This document shows, piece after piece, positions 12,027 through 25,974 of a DNA stretch of 64,000 nt. A program made the translations under genes and the position numbers. Each line of letters begins with the position of its first letter. Position 1 is the stretch's first letter. Source of the DNA: Geosiphon pyriformis uo1 (Eukaryota; Fungi; Glomeromycota); assembly GCA_016748015.1 (NCBI GenBank), contig JAAOMT010000590.1, positions 491,912 through 555,911 on the forward strand, written 5' to 3'. The notes under the pieces were generated by a model. The model did not search any database. It was not told the origin of the DNA and saw nothing but the letters and a program-made list of their open reading frames with translations.

Positions 12027-15000
12027 GTAGTGACCACACCAGAGACAGCAACTCTAGAGTATTACCAGTCAATTTACACCCACTGCAAGCAAAGATTCAA
12101 CATTCCAGACGGAATTGAAGTTGTCAAGAAATCAGTATACCAATACATTGAAAACTGCATCAACAATTATCTTTTTGGAAACTACAACATTTCAGAAGTT
12201 AGAAGCAACCTCTACAATAATTTAGTGCACTATTCACAATTGGAAACAGAAGACCTGAATAGTGAAACACTTGCTACCTACTTCCAAGAACTTAATTTTA
12301 ACATTATTGAGTATTGTGAAGAAAAATANNNNNNNNNNNNNNNNNNNNNNNNNNNNNNNNNNNNNNNNNNNNNNNNNNNNNNNNNNNNNNNNNNNNNNNN
12401 NNNNNNNNNNNNNNNNNNNNNNNNNNNNNNNNNNNNNNNNNNNNNNNNNNNNNNNNNNNNNNNNNNNNNNNNNNNNNNNNNNNNNNNNNNNNNNNNNNNN
12501 NNNNNNNNNNNNNNNNNNNNNNNNNNNNNNNNNNNNNNNNNNNNNNNNNNNNNNNNNNNNNNNNNNNNNNNNNNNNNNNNNNNNNNNNNNNNNNNNNNNN
12601 NNNNNNNNNNNNNNNNNNNNNNNNNNNNNNNNNNNNNNNNNNNNNNNNNNNNNNNNNNNNNNNNNNNNNNNNNNNNNNNNNNNNNNNNNNNNNNNNNNNN
12701 NNNNNNNNNNNNNNNNNNNNNNNNNNNNNNNNNNNNNNNNNNNNNNNNNNNNNNNNNNNNNNNNNNNNNNNNNNNNNNNNNNNNNNNNNNNNNNNNNNNN
12801 NNNNNNNNNNNNNNNNNNNNNNNNNNNNNNNNNNNNNNNNNNNNNNNNNNNNNNNNNNNNNNNNNNNNNNNNNNNNNNNNNNNNNNNNNNNNNNNNNNNN
12901 NNNNNNNNNNNNNNNNNNNNNNNNNNNNNNNNNNNNNNNNNNNNNNNNNNNNNNNNNNNNNNNNNNNNNNNNNNNNNNNNNNNNNNNNNNNNNNNNNNNN
13001 NNNNNNNNNNNNNNNNNNNNNNNNNNNNNNNNNNNNNNNNNNNNNNNNNNNNNNNNNNNNNNNNNNNNNNNNNNNNNNNNNNNNNNNNNNNNNNNNNNNN
13101 NNNNNNNNNNNNNNNNNNNNNNNNNNNNNNNNNNNNNNNNNNNNNNNNNNNNNNNNNNNNNNNNNNNNNNNNNNNNNNNNNNNNNNNNNNNNNNNNNNNN
13201 NNNNNNNNNNNNNNNNNNNNNNNNNNNNNNNNNNNNNNNNNNNNNNNNNNNNNNNNNNNNNNNNNNNNNNNNNNNNNNNNNNNNNNNNNNNACCAACTTA
13301 TTATTCACCAAGACCACAAAATCAAAACAGTTACTATCCACCAGCTCTACAACCAATGCAGCAACAATATCAGCAACCTTTACCAATTCAGCCATATCAG
13401 ACACCACCCACTCAACAATATCAAGTACCAACAAGAAGATTGGTTCAACATAACCAATTCACACCCCAAAATCAATTGCAGAGTAACCACAACAGAATCA
13501 ATTCAAATAACCAGTTGGTTTCCCGAAATTCTGGTCAGCAAAGACCCAATCATTATCACACTCAACCCAGTTATCTTACAATACCAGAGGAATCGGATTT
13601 TCAACAAACTGCACTTTTTGAAGGTGAAATTGCAGTGCCAAGATCAAATCCTTCTAACCACACCATTCTACCAGCTCAAATTGCCCAAAATGCTAATCTG
13701 TTAAATATATTTCTATTTGAATTTGAAGCAAATGAATCACCATTTCTGCTTAGTAATGCAGCAGTCAATGAACAGAAAGCAATTACTGTTATGTACACAG
13801 AAGCTACAGTGGAAGGAAAACCCATTCGCTTAATCTTAGATAGTAGATCAGCTAGAAGTATCATCACTTATCAGCTGATGCAACAACTCAAACGAAATGT
13901 AGACAGACCAGCTTAAACAGTTATTGTTACAGTTGATAGTATGAAGAAGACTTCAGTAGGAAAAATTGATGATTTCCCCTTTTTAATTGATAGAATCACC
14001 ATTCCAGTTAAAGTTCTTATTATGGATGTACCCCAATACCAAGCTCTAGTCGGAAATGATTGGCTTTTCAAGGCCAATGCAAACCTGAACTGGAAAACTC
14101 AAGAACTTAAAATCTCATACCAAGGACAATATATCATAGTACCTGCAACTTGTGATACTTTTAACAAACAATCAGAAAAAGCCTCAGTATTTGAACTTGA
14201 AGAGGAGAAAGAAATGCCACTTACTGAAACCTACATGGCTCTTGGATCAACATCTAATTGGGCTGAAGAAACAGAACGGAAGATTTTTGAAGAATTAAAA
14301 GGATGGAAGAAAGTTAGATATTTTACACCAGAACCACAGAAACAACCACTCTATATTCTACTCAAATGCAAAGATTGCAACAAAAAACTTTCATCAATGG
14401 GAGCATGTATTTCTCCAAAAGAGGAATATGAAACTCATACCTGTTACTTTTGCAAAGCATGCCATAGAGAACGATTTGGATCTCCAAAAAGATGTGGAAA
14501 ATGAGACAACACACTTTGTCTTACATGTGAAGATATGCTATTAGAAGAATGCAACTAGATTGATGTTCCAATGAAAGGAGGAGTATGTGATCAAACCTGT
14601 CAATATGCTCTATCAATTTCGGAAAAAGTCAGAAGAGGAACACCATTTGATGCAGCATACAATAGTGCTCTTAATAAACTTTACTACTACCCTTATGATG
14701 CTGAAATGATTTTTGACTTAGCAATGGCATTGATCAATGGAGCCACCCAAGAAGATGTCCGCCAAATAAAAGAAGCTAAATATATTGAGTATACCATGGA
14801 ATTAGCTGGATTTGATTATGAAGATGAAGTAGAAACCTACCACCAAATTGCAAGCCATACATATCTGACCAAAGAAGCTTAAATTCAATAATTAGAGCAA
14901 ATGAACATTTAATTATGTAAAGAATGTGTTATGCCTTGTGACAACCAATGGTGTTTAGAATATTATGCTCTTAGCATTCCTCTGCCAGATGAGAATGATG

Positions 15001-17363
15001 AAAATGAAATCGAATTTGGAGTATCTAAACTAGTAGAAGAACTACCAACCACTCCTATTTATTTTCTTGAAAAGCAACCATCTCTACAACTTAAATATTT
15101 TAACAACCATGGCCAAGGAATCAAACCAGAAAAAACACACAAAATTGATGCTGGATATGACTTAAGATACCCAGAAAAAGATACTTTGGTTCTCCAATCA
15201 AAGTCCTTGACAAAAATCAATCTCAAAATTGCTCTTGAAATTCTATCAAGAGCAATGATTTAAATTGCCTCCAGATTATCATTGGCAAGCAAAAGAATCA
15301 ATATTAGAAGAGGAGTTATAGATGCAGGATACACTGGAGACATTACCATTATGTTACAGAATGAGACAGACAAATTATTCAAAATTGAACATGCTGAAAA
15401 AATTGCTCAAGCAATTTACTTACCCTTAATCAACATTTCGGGTTTACAATCAGTAAACAACAGAGAACAATTGGAAAAAAGTGAAAGAAAAACTCAAAGT
15501 TTTGGTTCAACTGGATGATTTACAGTTCCAGTAAACATAGCTCTTAATATACAAAATGAATCTCACCAGATTCTTCAACTTCCCCAGCCAATTACCATTT
15601 TACTTTTTGGAGAACATCACAAAATTTACACTTGCTCAAAACTCACCACTACACAACAAATCTTTGAATCCAATGAACAAATCTGTTTGAAGCATGAAAT
15701 TTCAATTCCAAACGTTTATATTTCCAAAAAAATGAAAAAATTTCAAGTTACATTCTACAACCCCAATAATTACCCTATTGTCTTATTAAACAAACTAGAG
15801 ATTGAAATCATACACAGCAATATTTTTCAAGATGAAAACTCTCAAATTGTCTCTAATTTCATCGAAATTGTAAGACACACTCTACTCCCAAATCTAAATA
15901 TCATTTCCACTACTGAAAACTACCACTTTTTAAAAGAAAAACTCTTTCGAATCAACATGGGTCTCTTAGAATCTCAACAACAAAGACAATTGAAACAATT
16001 GATAGCTGAATTTGCAGATATATTTGCAAAAAACAACAATGACTTGGGAAAAACGGACATTGTTCAACATCAGATCCATACAGGAGATGCTCCACCAAAA
16101 TGTCAACAAGCTTATTGAGTGCCACCTGCCAGCCACCAATTCATCAGAAAAGAGGTCCAAAGAATGCTCAATAACGGATTAATTCAACCATCAAGAAGTT
16201 CTTGGACCTCACCAGTAGTTCTTGTCAAAAAGAAAAATAGAAAAATCAGATTTTGTGTTGACTATCACCAATTAAACAGTGTAACAATTGAAGATGCCTA
16301 CTCTCTTCCAAGAATTGATGACATGCTAGATGCTCTAGGAAAAGCCAAGTTCTTTTCAACTTTAGACTTGAAAAGTGGATATTGACAAGTTGAAATAGAC
16401 CCAAAAGACTGATCCAAAACAGCATTTACCACTCAGGGAGGAAACTATGAGTTTAATGTTATGCCTTTTGGACTCTGCAATGCACCAACAACATTCCAGC
16501 GACTTATGAATATTGTATATGAAGGATTCTTGTGGCAATCAGTAGTTGTTTATCTTGATAACACTGATGTATATTCACCAAGCTTTGAGACTTATTTCAT
16601 TCACCTGCGAGAAGTTTTTCAATGATTACAGAAAGCAGGATTAAAGTTAAACATTGAGAAATGTCACTTTGGAAAAACAAGCTTGATCTTTCTTGGACAC
16701 ATAGTTAGTAAAGATGAAATCAAACCAAATCCAGGAACAATCAGTGTTGTTAAAAACTTTTAAACTCCCAGAAATACTACAGAACTAAGAGAATTTGTAA
16801 GATTAGCCTCTTACTATCGAAAATTTATAAAAAGATTCTCAGAAATTGCCAAACCACTCAATTATCTTACCAACAAAAACGTACCATACAAATGAACTAA
16901 AAAACAACAAAAAGCTTTTGAAACTCTCAAAACAAAATTAACAACAGCTCCAGTTCTTGCTTACTCAGACTTCAACAAATGATTCCAATTAGCCACTGAT
17001 GCTTCACACATAGCATTTGGTGCCATCTTATTACAATTGAATGAAAATGGCCAGGAACAAGTTATTGCCTATGCCAGCAGAACACTCAAGCCAACAGAAC
17101 TCAAATATGGCTCAACTGAATTGAAAGCTGCTGCAGTCATCTGGGCTCTCAAACACTTTCAACAATACCTGAAGAATGGAAAAGAATTTGACATAATAAC
17201 TGACAATATTGGCCTCAAATGGCTTAATAAAAAGAAAACTGAACAAAGTGCTAAACAGTTTCAATGAAATGACTTCCTAGCAGACTACAGATACATTGTA
17301 CATCACAAACCAGAAAAACTACACACCAATGTTAATAGTTTCTCAAGAATAAGACAATATTAA
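12027..17363 (+). pseudogene. Element C gag-pol (Gag, PR, Cys-rich region, dUTPase, RT, RNase H)
   Basis: LILDSRSARSII protease; CKDC/CYFCKAC; DAGYDL, GVIDAGYTGDI, KIAQ, SFGSTG; FCVDYHQLN, YLDN; TDAS. Ends SRIRQY*. Confidence 0.92.
12329..13291. other. Assembly gap (963 N) within element C gag
   Basis: Run of N. Confidence 1.
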
Positions 17364-17430
17364 TACCAACATCAACACCAACAAAACACCAACAAACTTA
17401 ACAGCAGAACAAACAACAAGATCAACAACA

Positions 17431-18815
17431 ATGGATTCAAAAAACTACAACAACATCAAAAACTATTTGGAGACTCTCACTATGCTGGAAAATTGATCTC
17501 CAAGTGAAAAACATCGATAACAACACCAATCCAAACAATATTTTATACACCATAACAAAATATATTACAAAAATTGTAAAAACCCAAACCAACTACTCAG
17601 ATTAGTACAGGAAAATGAAAAAGAAACAATTCTATACAACATGTACACAGATTCTTCTTCAGCACACTTGGAAAGAGATGGAACAATTCAAAGAACTCTT
17701 GAACATTATTTTTGGCCTCACATGCAAAAAGACATTCGACAATATATAGAATCTTGTGATAGTTGTCAAAAAAGAGGAGGAACTTGCCCACAGAACCTTT
17801 AAATCCAATCAAAGTTGAACAACCTTTTGACAGAGTTGGAATTGATTTAGTCAGACCATTACCTATTACAACCCAAGAAAATTGTTATATTGCAGTTGCA
17901 GTAGATTATCTTACCAAATGACCTGAAGCTAGAGCCATCCAAAGAGCAGATGCAAAATCAGTAGCAAATTTCATCTATAAAGACATTATCTGTAAACATG
18001 GATGTCCAATTGAACTTTTATCTGATCAAGGAACACATTTTGTGAACAACTTGATACAAGAAATTTGTGAACGGTTCAATGTCAAAAGATCTCTATCATT
18101 ACTTTATCACCCTCAAACAAATAGACTTGTAAAATGTTTCAACAGAACATTATGTGAATCTTTAGCCAAAGTCTCAACAGATTTTGAGTAGGAATGGAAT
18201 ATCTTTATTCTATCAGTGTTATTAGCATACAGAATGCTAAAACAAGATACTATAAAACACACACTATTTGATCTTACTTATGGAAGGACAGCAACATTAC
18301 CAATTAATTTCACAGTGGAAACATACTCAGTACAACCAATCAATAAAGAAAACTTTCAAAAAACACTTCAAAGAAGAGCCTACACTCTTCTTAGTACACT
18401 GGAAGGAAAAAGAAGAATAGCAGCAACTCATATTAAACATTCCCAAGCTCAACAAAAAGAAAGATATGACAACAAATTACCACCTATTACAAACGAATTT
18501 AAAGTTGGAAATAAAGTTCTCTTACACAGAACTAAGGCTGAAAAACAATGAAGTGGGAAATTTGAAAACAAATAGGATGGACCATTTTATATTCACGAAA
18601 TTCTAGGCAATGGATCATACAAATTAAGACTTGATGACAAAATACTAGCAAAAGTTGCACATGGAGACAGATTAAAACACTATCATTTCAGAAACAATCC
18701 TGAACTATTAATTCCACAAATTGGTACACATTCCCCTTTAATTAATCCTGAAGATATTCTCCAAAATTTAGAATCAATAATTATAATAGAACAACAACCA
18801 AACTTGAACACTTAA
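17431..18815 (+). pseudogene. Integrase of element C, separate ORF
   Basis: ATG MDSKNYNNIKNYL; CDSC; VGIDLV; SDQGTHF; DGPFYIHE. No chromodomain seen. Confidence 0.9.
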
Positions 18816-18965
18816 ATTTTACAATAATTCTCTAATAAAAACACAAAGACAAAAATAGTAAATAAATTACAAAAACACCCAAACCCAAAAACAAATAAAA
18901 ACCCCATATCCCAAAAAAAAAAAATTTTTTTTTATTCTCTCTTTTCATAATTAGTCAATTTTATC

Positions 18966-19673
18966 ATGATTATTCTCTGAAATATTCAACTAATATCCCA
19001 AAAGTTAATGTTAGCCTTGAAAACACTTCCTGACTTATCTATAACGATTAATGGAAGTCAAATTAATTATATTCAGAAAGAAACCACAGCCCCAGTAGCA
19101 AATCATTTACAGAACTATCACCTCTATAAAAAAAAAACAAGAAGTCAATCTGAAAATAGGTTACTAAGACTTTTAAAGCAAGCACTAGAAGAAAATCTTT
19201 TAATTGCCTCTATTGACATTTCACCAAATGCTACAATGCAACAAAAACTTCTACTACTTCTCAATGAACAGAACAATGAACACACCCCTATTTATAAATA
19301 TTTTCACATTGAAAAGACACTTTATGAACGAAAACTGGAACTTGAAGCAACAAAGCTCACTCCTGAAGCTATACAAAAACAAATCCACAATGAATTCAAA
19401 ACAGCAGCTGGACTAACAAACACTCGCTACAAATTTAGAGCAGCTTTTAGACTCTATAATTTGTTTAATACTTGTGAAAATGTTCTACAAAATCTAATAC
19501 TGCAACCAATAAAAGTCTAATACATTGGCAAACTCACAGAACTGAAATTTCAACAATTTTTAGACCAGATTACTTCAATTATTTTGGATCACTATCTCAA
19601 TATTACAGATAGTGCTTGGACTTCAACAGAGCTCAGTCTTGAGAAAGAGATTATGTTACCAGTAGAATTTTAG
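18966..19673 (+). pseudogene. ORF3 (env-position ORF) of element C
   Basis: ATG at 18966 in frame with ORF 19008-19520, two internal stops, continues YIGKLTELKFQQFLDQIT. Weakly homologous to ORF3 of B and D. Confidence 0.72.
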
Positions 19674-20625
19674 CTATTAATTAGCATGAAATTATCTTTA
19701 TAATTCCTATAATTAATTAGTATATTAATATCATTTCAAATTATTATTTATTATTTAATCAATTATCACATATCACGATTCAATTAAAATAATCTAATTA
19801 GTATAACAGAAAGTAGGATAATCAAATTACACAATACTCTGAACTTTGTAACATTCTAAAATTTGCCGAAATTTACAGAAATTTGCCGAAATTATGAATA
19901 GTTCACCCAAATTAATCAATAGTTCAGCAAAATAACTTGTAGTTCATCAAAATGTATCTTTAGTTTGCCGAAATTTGAGCAAAAAAAAAAAGTGCAAGTT
20001 CATAGACTAGTACTACAACAAGTTGTATAAAAAAAGAGCTTTTCTCTTCAAGAAAATGTATCTTACTTTAGATTTATTACTTAGAATCATTCCTACACAC
20101 ACAAAAAGAAATAAAATATCAAATAATTCAAAAAACCAAATTCTTTAATTATTGCACTTGGAAAATTCCCAAAACCCAACTAATATTTTGAAATTGATTA
20201 GCTATTAATTTCAGTAAACTGTTAGTGACTCCAGGCTTGGATAGAAAACGTTTCCCTTGATAAAATCCTATTTCTTTTACATTTCTTGTATTTTTCTTTT
20301 CTTTTCTTATTACAATCATTAGGATAGCCTACAGACAAGATTTCTGTAGAAGAGTTGACTTTCACAGCAAAGTAACTACACATTTTTAGTAAGCTTCCAG
20401 ACGAGCAATTCCTGGGAAAGAGTTGACATTTACTACAATGTAACTACATAACATAACTGGCAAGAAATTGGCCATTCCACTTATAAGCCCAGCAGTTCAA
20501 ATTATAGGAGATAATTTGAAGATAAATTCAGTTATTGGAGGTTTAACTACTTCTAGAAAACGTGAATTTGCAACCAACAGACATTTACAACATTCAAAAA
20601 AAGAGACCAAAAACCTCCAGTAACA
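19654..20625 (+). repeat. 3' LTR of element C
   Basis: Copy of 11056-11981 with an extra segment of about 65 bp near 20413-20478. Confidence 0.95.
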
Positions 20626-23562
20626 GTGTTCTAGGTAAGTTCTTCTCTTTTCTGTTATTGTCATCTCATGAAGGTACTGGCAGCAGCTCGTTGTGTTCTT
20701 TACCAGCCCAAGACACTTGATAAGCTTCTCAGATAGGTTTTTTTTTTCTTCTTCAAACTCTATGAGTGGTACTGTCGGGTTGGTAGTCATGAAGTGGCCA
20801 CACATGATTAGTACACGTGTATGTTGTCTGTTCTGGCTGGTTTGAAGCTCCTGTGTATTCCAATCAAGCAATACATTGGTTTTAAATAGCCAATCATTAT
20901 CAATGAGTGCTTGGTATTAGATGGCTTCCATGACTAATACTTTGATTGGTATGATGATGCCATTGACTTCTATAGGGAAGTTATTAATCTCACCAATGGG
21001 AGTTTTGGTTGTTCTATTAGTGGTTATAATTCTGGCACTGGCAGTGTGATCAACTCGGTGACCTAATTGGTCCATGAGTTGCTTTGTAATAATGCTGCCA
21101 GCTAATCCACTATTTAGGATCAGTTTGATGGAGTGTTCATTGACTTTGGCATCAGTGTACATAGTGGTGATTGATTTGGTGTTAAAAATGGCTCTACTAA
21201 ATAATGGGACTGGTGTATTTTCTTCAAGTTTGAATGGAAAGATTGCTGCTAGTAATTTGTCATTGGTGATGGTGGCTGGAGGTATGTTGTTGGTGAGTAA
21301 TTGTTTTTGGTTGGTTTCTGAATTATTGGGTGGGGTGTCTTTTGGAGTAACCAGAAGACTTAAATAGTTCTGAGAATTCAGGTTTTGGGCATACCCAGTG
21401 CCCAAATTCTATGGTCAAGATCCTGATAGTTGTGCCATGGAACTGAGAATCAGTTGATAGACTATCATTGATGATCTTCAGCTTTGCTGTGTTAATCTTG
21501 GTCTTTGAGTTCTGTTTTGAGGTAAGCTCTGTGGTGGTGTTTGATGTTGTTGGAGCAAATAATTTACCTAAGACTGTGGCTGATAATTGAGTTGGGACCG
21601 CAGTTGATAAATTGCTGCTGGAGGCTGATAGACTGGAGATAAGTATAATTGCTGCATCATTGGTGTTTGATATATTGGCTGCATCATAGATAGGTAATCT
21701 TGTTGATATAAAGCTGGGTTTGATTGATTACTGACATAATTCTGAGTTTGTAGTCAGTGATCAAAGTTTCGATACTGATTAACTGATCTTTGGTCGCTTA
21801 TCTTTTTTTAACATTCAAATTGCAAATGTCTTTGTTTACCACAATAGTGGCAAATACGCATTTCCTGCTGTCACTGTTGATTGGTTGAGGATGTTAGACA
21901 TGACTGATTCTGGAAACAATCCATGTTTCCAGAATTATTGTGTCATTGTGATAGTTGATATATTATGCAATTGTCAGCTAAGTATCCTTCCAATTTCTGA
22001 TTAATTAAATCACTGAATTGTTTCAATTTGAAATTCAATTTAGATGATCTATTCATGACCAGGTTTATGGCTTAAGCATAATTGGCTTCTAATTCAGCTG
22101 CTTCAAAATCTCGTGCATTGGTAACTGTGTTCTGGAGAGTTTGTGAGTGCATTGGGCATACATGTTGGAGGATGCTACTGCACAACCCACAGATGAACTG
22201 GTTTAGAATTTGTGGCGCTGTAAAATAGTCAGCTTGGATTGCTTGAATTTGGCGTAAGTTCCTGTGGAACCATCTCAAGTAAGTAGTAACTGCTTTAGTT
22301 TCTCCTTGTTTGATTGTGGTAAAGGTGTTGGCTAACTTGTTGATGCTATTATTGTTACTAAAGTACCTCAAGAATTTGGTTTTGAATTCGTTAAAATTTT
22401 GGGGTTTGATGGCAAGGCTTTGGTATTATGTATTGGTGGTGTTCTGAAGAAAATAAGAAATTGCTTGCATGATTCTAGTATTATCCCAGTTATTAGCTGT
22501 AATTGCTTTAGCTACATCATTCAGCCAGACTTGGGCATTGTCTTCTTCACCAGTGAATTTATTGAGCTTCACAATTGGTGCATATGCCATTTGTTGTTGT
22601 TGTTGTGGTACAGGCAGCTGATGAATTTGTTGAAGTGGTTGTTGGGGTGGCTGTTGTATGAGTTCAGCTAGTGGCTAATTAATGATAATTCCAGGAGATA
22701 AGTTTTGTTGATTAATTAAGTTGGGGTTTCAGTTGTTTTAATTTGGCTGCATTTAAAAATTCGGAGTTTCAATTTCTGGATTTTCTAAATTTAGATTTTG
22801 CTGAGTCTGGAAATTCAGGGTTTCAATGTTCAGGTTCTTTGGGATCAGGTTCTGGTAAATAAATTCTTGATCTTCAGATTCTTCTTCCTCTTTTTCTTGT
22901 TCTTCTTCCAATTCCATTACTTTCTAAGGACTTGCAGTTCCAAAATCTGGTTGGGGTGGTGAAGATCAAAGTCCTGATGGCATTGGTGGTTGGGACTTAA
23001 ATTCTTCAAAATACATGCCATATGGTCTTAGAAGATTTTTTTTCCTTTGTTTACTCTGAAATAGGAATTGTCCAAAGGTTGATGTTGCATGTGATGTGGA
23101 CGTGCCTGTTGATGTAATGTTGATGACACTTCTAGGTGTATAGTGGTATAATAGATTTGTTGGTAATTCAACTCTGGTTTTCTTCCAAGTGGGTGGTTGT
23201 ATTTGTTTTGGTGTCACTGCTGGTGTTTGTAATTTTTCTTTGCCTTTACTAGCATAAGTGATTGGGTATCTTTGTTGTGTATAATGTTCAATTTCTTTAT
23301 TAATTTCAGTAATAATAGATGTGAAATTATAATTTGTTGGTAGGCTGGTGTTTTGGATTAATTCATAATAAAAAGTTTTTCTTATTGATTCAGTGTTTAC
23401 TGGTGTTCCTAACAAATATGCAATTCTCTCATTGATGTAGAAATTAAAGGCTGATTCCACTGATATATGATTTTGGTTTAATTCTAAGTGTTAACAGTAG
23501 TGTTGAAATAAGGATTTCGCAAATCCTAAATGGTTTACTCCTATACTTTCTGGTTCTGCCAC
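20626..23562 (-). pseudogene. Element B gag and protease
   Basis: GTG start VAEPESIG; RYFSNNNSINKL; CHYCGKQRH knuckle; LILNSGLAGSII. Confidence 0.9.
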
Positions 23563-23625
23563 TTTTGGGATGAGTGTAGTTGGTGCTGGTTCTCTGTAGG
23601 ATTATACTTCACAGAAAGCACCAAA

Positions 23626-24506
23626 TGTTACAGATGATTATTTAAGGTCTTAAGTCAAATAACAAATCCGTAACTTGGTGCTAAGTTGGTGTTTTGGTGT
23701 TAATATCTGAAGGTTTTGTTGTGGAGTCCTTTGTATAATGGACAGAAATTCAAGTGTTGTCTTTTCCGTAGCCTTCTGAAATTGCAATTCCATCAAATTT
23801 CTTTCTCAGCGTGGTGGCCGGTAATCTTGGCAGAGATGCCCTTCTGGTAAGCTATCCTTAAATTCTCAATTCCTATACCCTTCCTTTGGGGTCTTTTATC
23901 AGGCTATCCTTGATGTCAATAACTTAGTGCTTAATTTTTAATCAGTTTAGTAAAACCAACAAAATGACAAAACAAAAAAAATAAAAAAAAAAATAAAGAA
24001 ATAAATGAAAGCAATTACAAGTTAGTATTCTGTCAATAGCTGTAATTAAAAGCTATTGTTCTTGTGTGGTTAAGTATCACTTACTATCAACATGAAATGT
24101 TGATAGTGGAGAGTGAATTGAGATGATGAATAATTATTTATTGATATTTGTGAATAGAAGGTTGCTTAGATCAAATCTAAACTGAGAGGTCTGTCTTTTC
24201 TATTTCTAATGCTACTGCTATATATACATAATTTGGGTTCTATAAAATCACTTACATTCCCAAGTAATGTGCTATAATTTCTTAAGCAATGCTCATATTG
24301 TTGAGCAATGTGCCATATTTTTTTGACATTGTTCCATATTGCTGAGCAATATGCCATGATTTCTGACATTGCTTCATATTGCTGAGCAATGTGCTATACT
24401 TTCTGATATTGCTCCACATTGCTAAGCAATGTGCTTATATGCTAACTACTACTTTCTTATTGGTCTACTATTTTCCTATATCTGTTTTCTTTTTCTATAA
24501 GTAACA
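23626..24506 (-). repeat. 5' LTR of element B (B-type LTR)
   Basis: TGTTAC...GTAACA ends; PBS adjacent; R/U5 similar to the A-type LTR but a different U3 with GCTGAGCAATGTGC repeats near 24280-24435. Confidence 0.9.
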
Positions 24507-25500
24507 ACTTATTAAATTTAATATTACATATTATTTTTGAGAAAACATTATTATTAACATGATTCAAAAGAGCATATTAGTTGGACTATTGATTAAACAA
24601 AGCACTGGATACTATATACTTTTTTATCTATTCTTTTATAATTATATTAATTATAGACTTAATTTCACAAAACTTCAGCACTATATTATTATTAACTACT
24701 AAATAATTAAGGCATTATTTTCTGAAATAACCAATCTAAAACACTTTTAATTATCTATTTCTTATTAAAACAAAAGTTTTTTATATGTTTATCTATTGTC
24801 TTTCTGATAAGATTTTTCTGATAATTTTAAATTTATAGTATTTGAATATATAGTACTTTTTTTTAACTTTTGCCAAATAACATAAAATTTTTTCCAATCT
24901 TTTATTATCATTAATCATAAAATTTACTCTAAAAACTTCTTTCTTATCAATAGTAATCCAGATATTAATAAGATGATTAAATTCCAAAATTTTATTTAAA
25001 ATCAAACTTTTTATAATCTTGGCTATTAACAACTCTAGCTTGAAAAACTTAGAAAATTGCTTATTCTTTAAACACTTAAACTTACTAAACCAAAGTCTAA
25101 AAAATACTTCATTAATAGAACTTATAATTATTCTTCTTAAAATCTTTCATATTGTATTCAAATTACCATGACCTTTTGTATCATTAAATTTAGCCACTTT
25201 TTCGAAAATTTGTCTAATAAAAGCTTTTTAAACTACAACCACTTATTGATTTTAACATTCTTAATTTTGAATTTCTATCTATTTTTATTAATTTGTTTTT
25301 AATTATTATTAAGAAAAGTATTTAAGAAACTATCTAAACCAACTATAACTGAGATTGTCTTGTAATTAGTATTAAAAAACTTAAACACAATGTTAATTTC
25401 ATAACTAGTGACCACAGATGCCAAATTCTGATTCACAAAAATAAAATCAATAATTTTTTCTATTTTTCTAAAATTGTCCTAAGTAAAAGTTTTGACTAAC
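24507..25500 (-). mobile_element. 5' portion (endonuclease end and linker) of a LINE-like retrotransposon relic
   Basis: Decayed coding sequence ending ..YALLNHVNNNVFSKIICNIKFN, just before the RT domain; cut by the B LTR. Confidence 0.65.
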
Positions 25501-25974
25501 AAATTAATATATATATTAATTAATATAACTTAAAGCTAATTAGTTTAATAAAGTTTTTTATTAATAAAATATATAAAATTTAAAATAAAATAAGTTTTGT
25601 ATTTAAACAACTAAATTTTTATATAAAAGTTTTGGTTTTTTTAACAATAATAAAAACTTTAAAAATATCTAATAATATAATACTTAAAATTTTTATTTGT
25701 ATTTTTAAAATTGATTTTTAAGAGTTTTATGTTTTATAATTTTAATAAATTGACTAAAAAGAGTTAAATGTTTTTTATATAATAAGTTTTTATTAATAAA
25801 CAAAATTTTTTTAATTATTTTTTTAAACATATTAAAAAATAATAATATTATTATTGTTATATATTTAAATTTTTTTTTAATAATTAATTTTTTTGGTTTA
25901 ATAATAATATATATTCTATTATTATTATTATTAAATACAATTAATAAATAAATTTAATTATTACTTAATATACA

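Larger units (their letters stand above)
11056..20625 (+). mobile_element. Ty3/Gypsy element C, near full length, nested in B
   Basis: Two TGTTAC...GTAACA LTRs, PBS 11984-11992, PPT 19641-19653, all pol domains. 4-bp TSD GCAT/GTGT (from GCGT). Removing C restores B's reading frame (EELT*NANQNWET). Confidence 0.95.
5648..24506 (-). mobile_element. Ty3/Gypsy element B (degenerate), interrupted by element C at 11056-20625
   Basis: 5' LTR 23626-24506, PBS 23607-23623, gag from 23562, protease about 20880-21130, dUTPase about 9590-9990, RT YLDD in ORF 8216-9448, RNase H in ORF 7853-8185, integrase 6344-7726, ORF3 5661-6289. Confidence 0.92.

Noticed and set aside
12030-13916. Long ORFs of 628, 480 and 376 aa
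   Set aside because: Artefacts of translating through the N gap; only the flanks of the 12030 frame are real gag.
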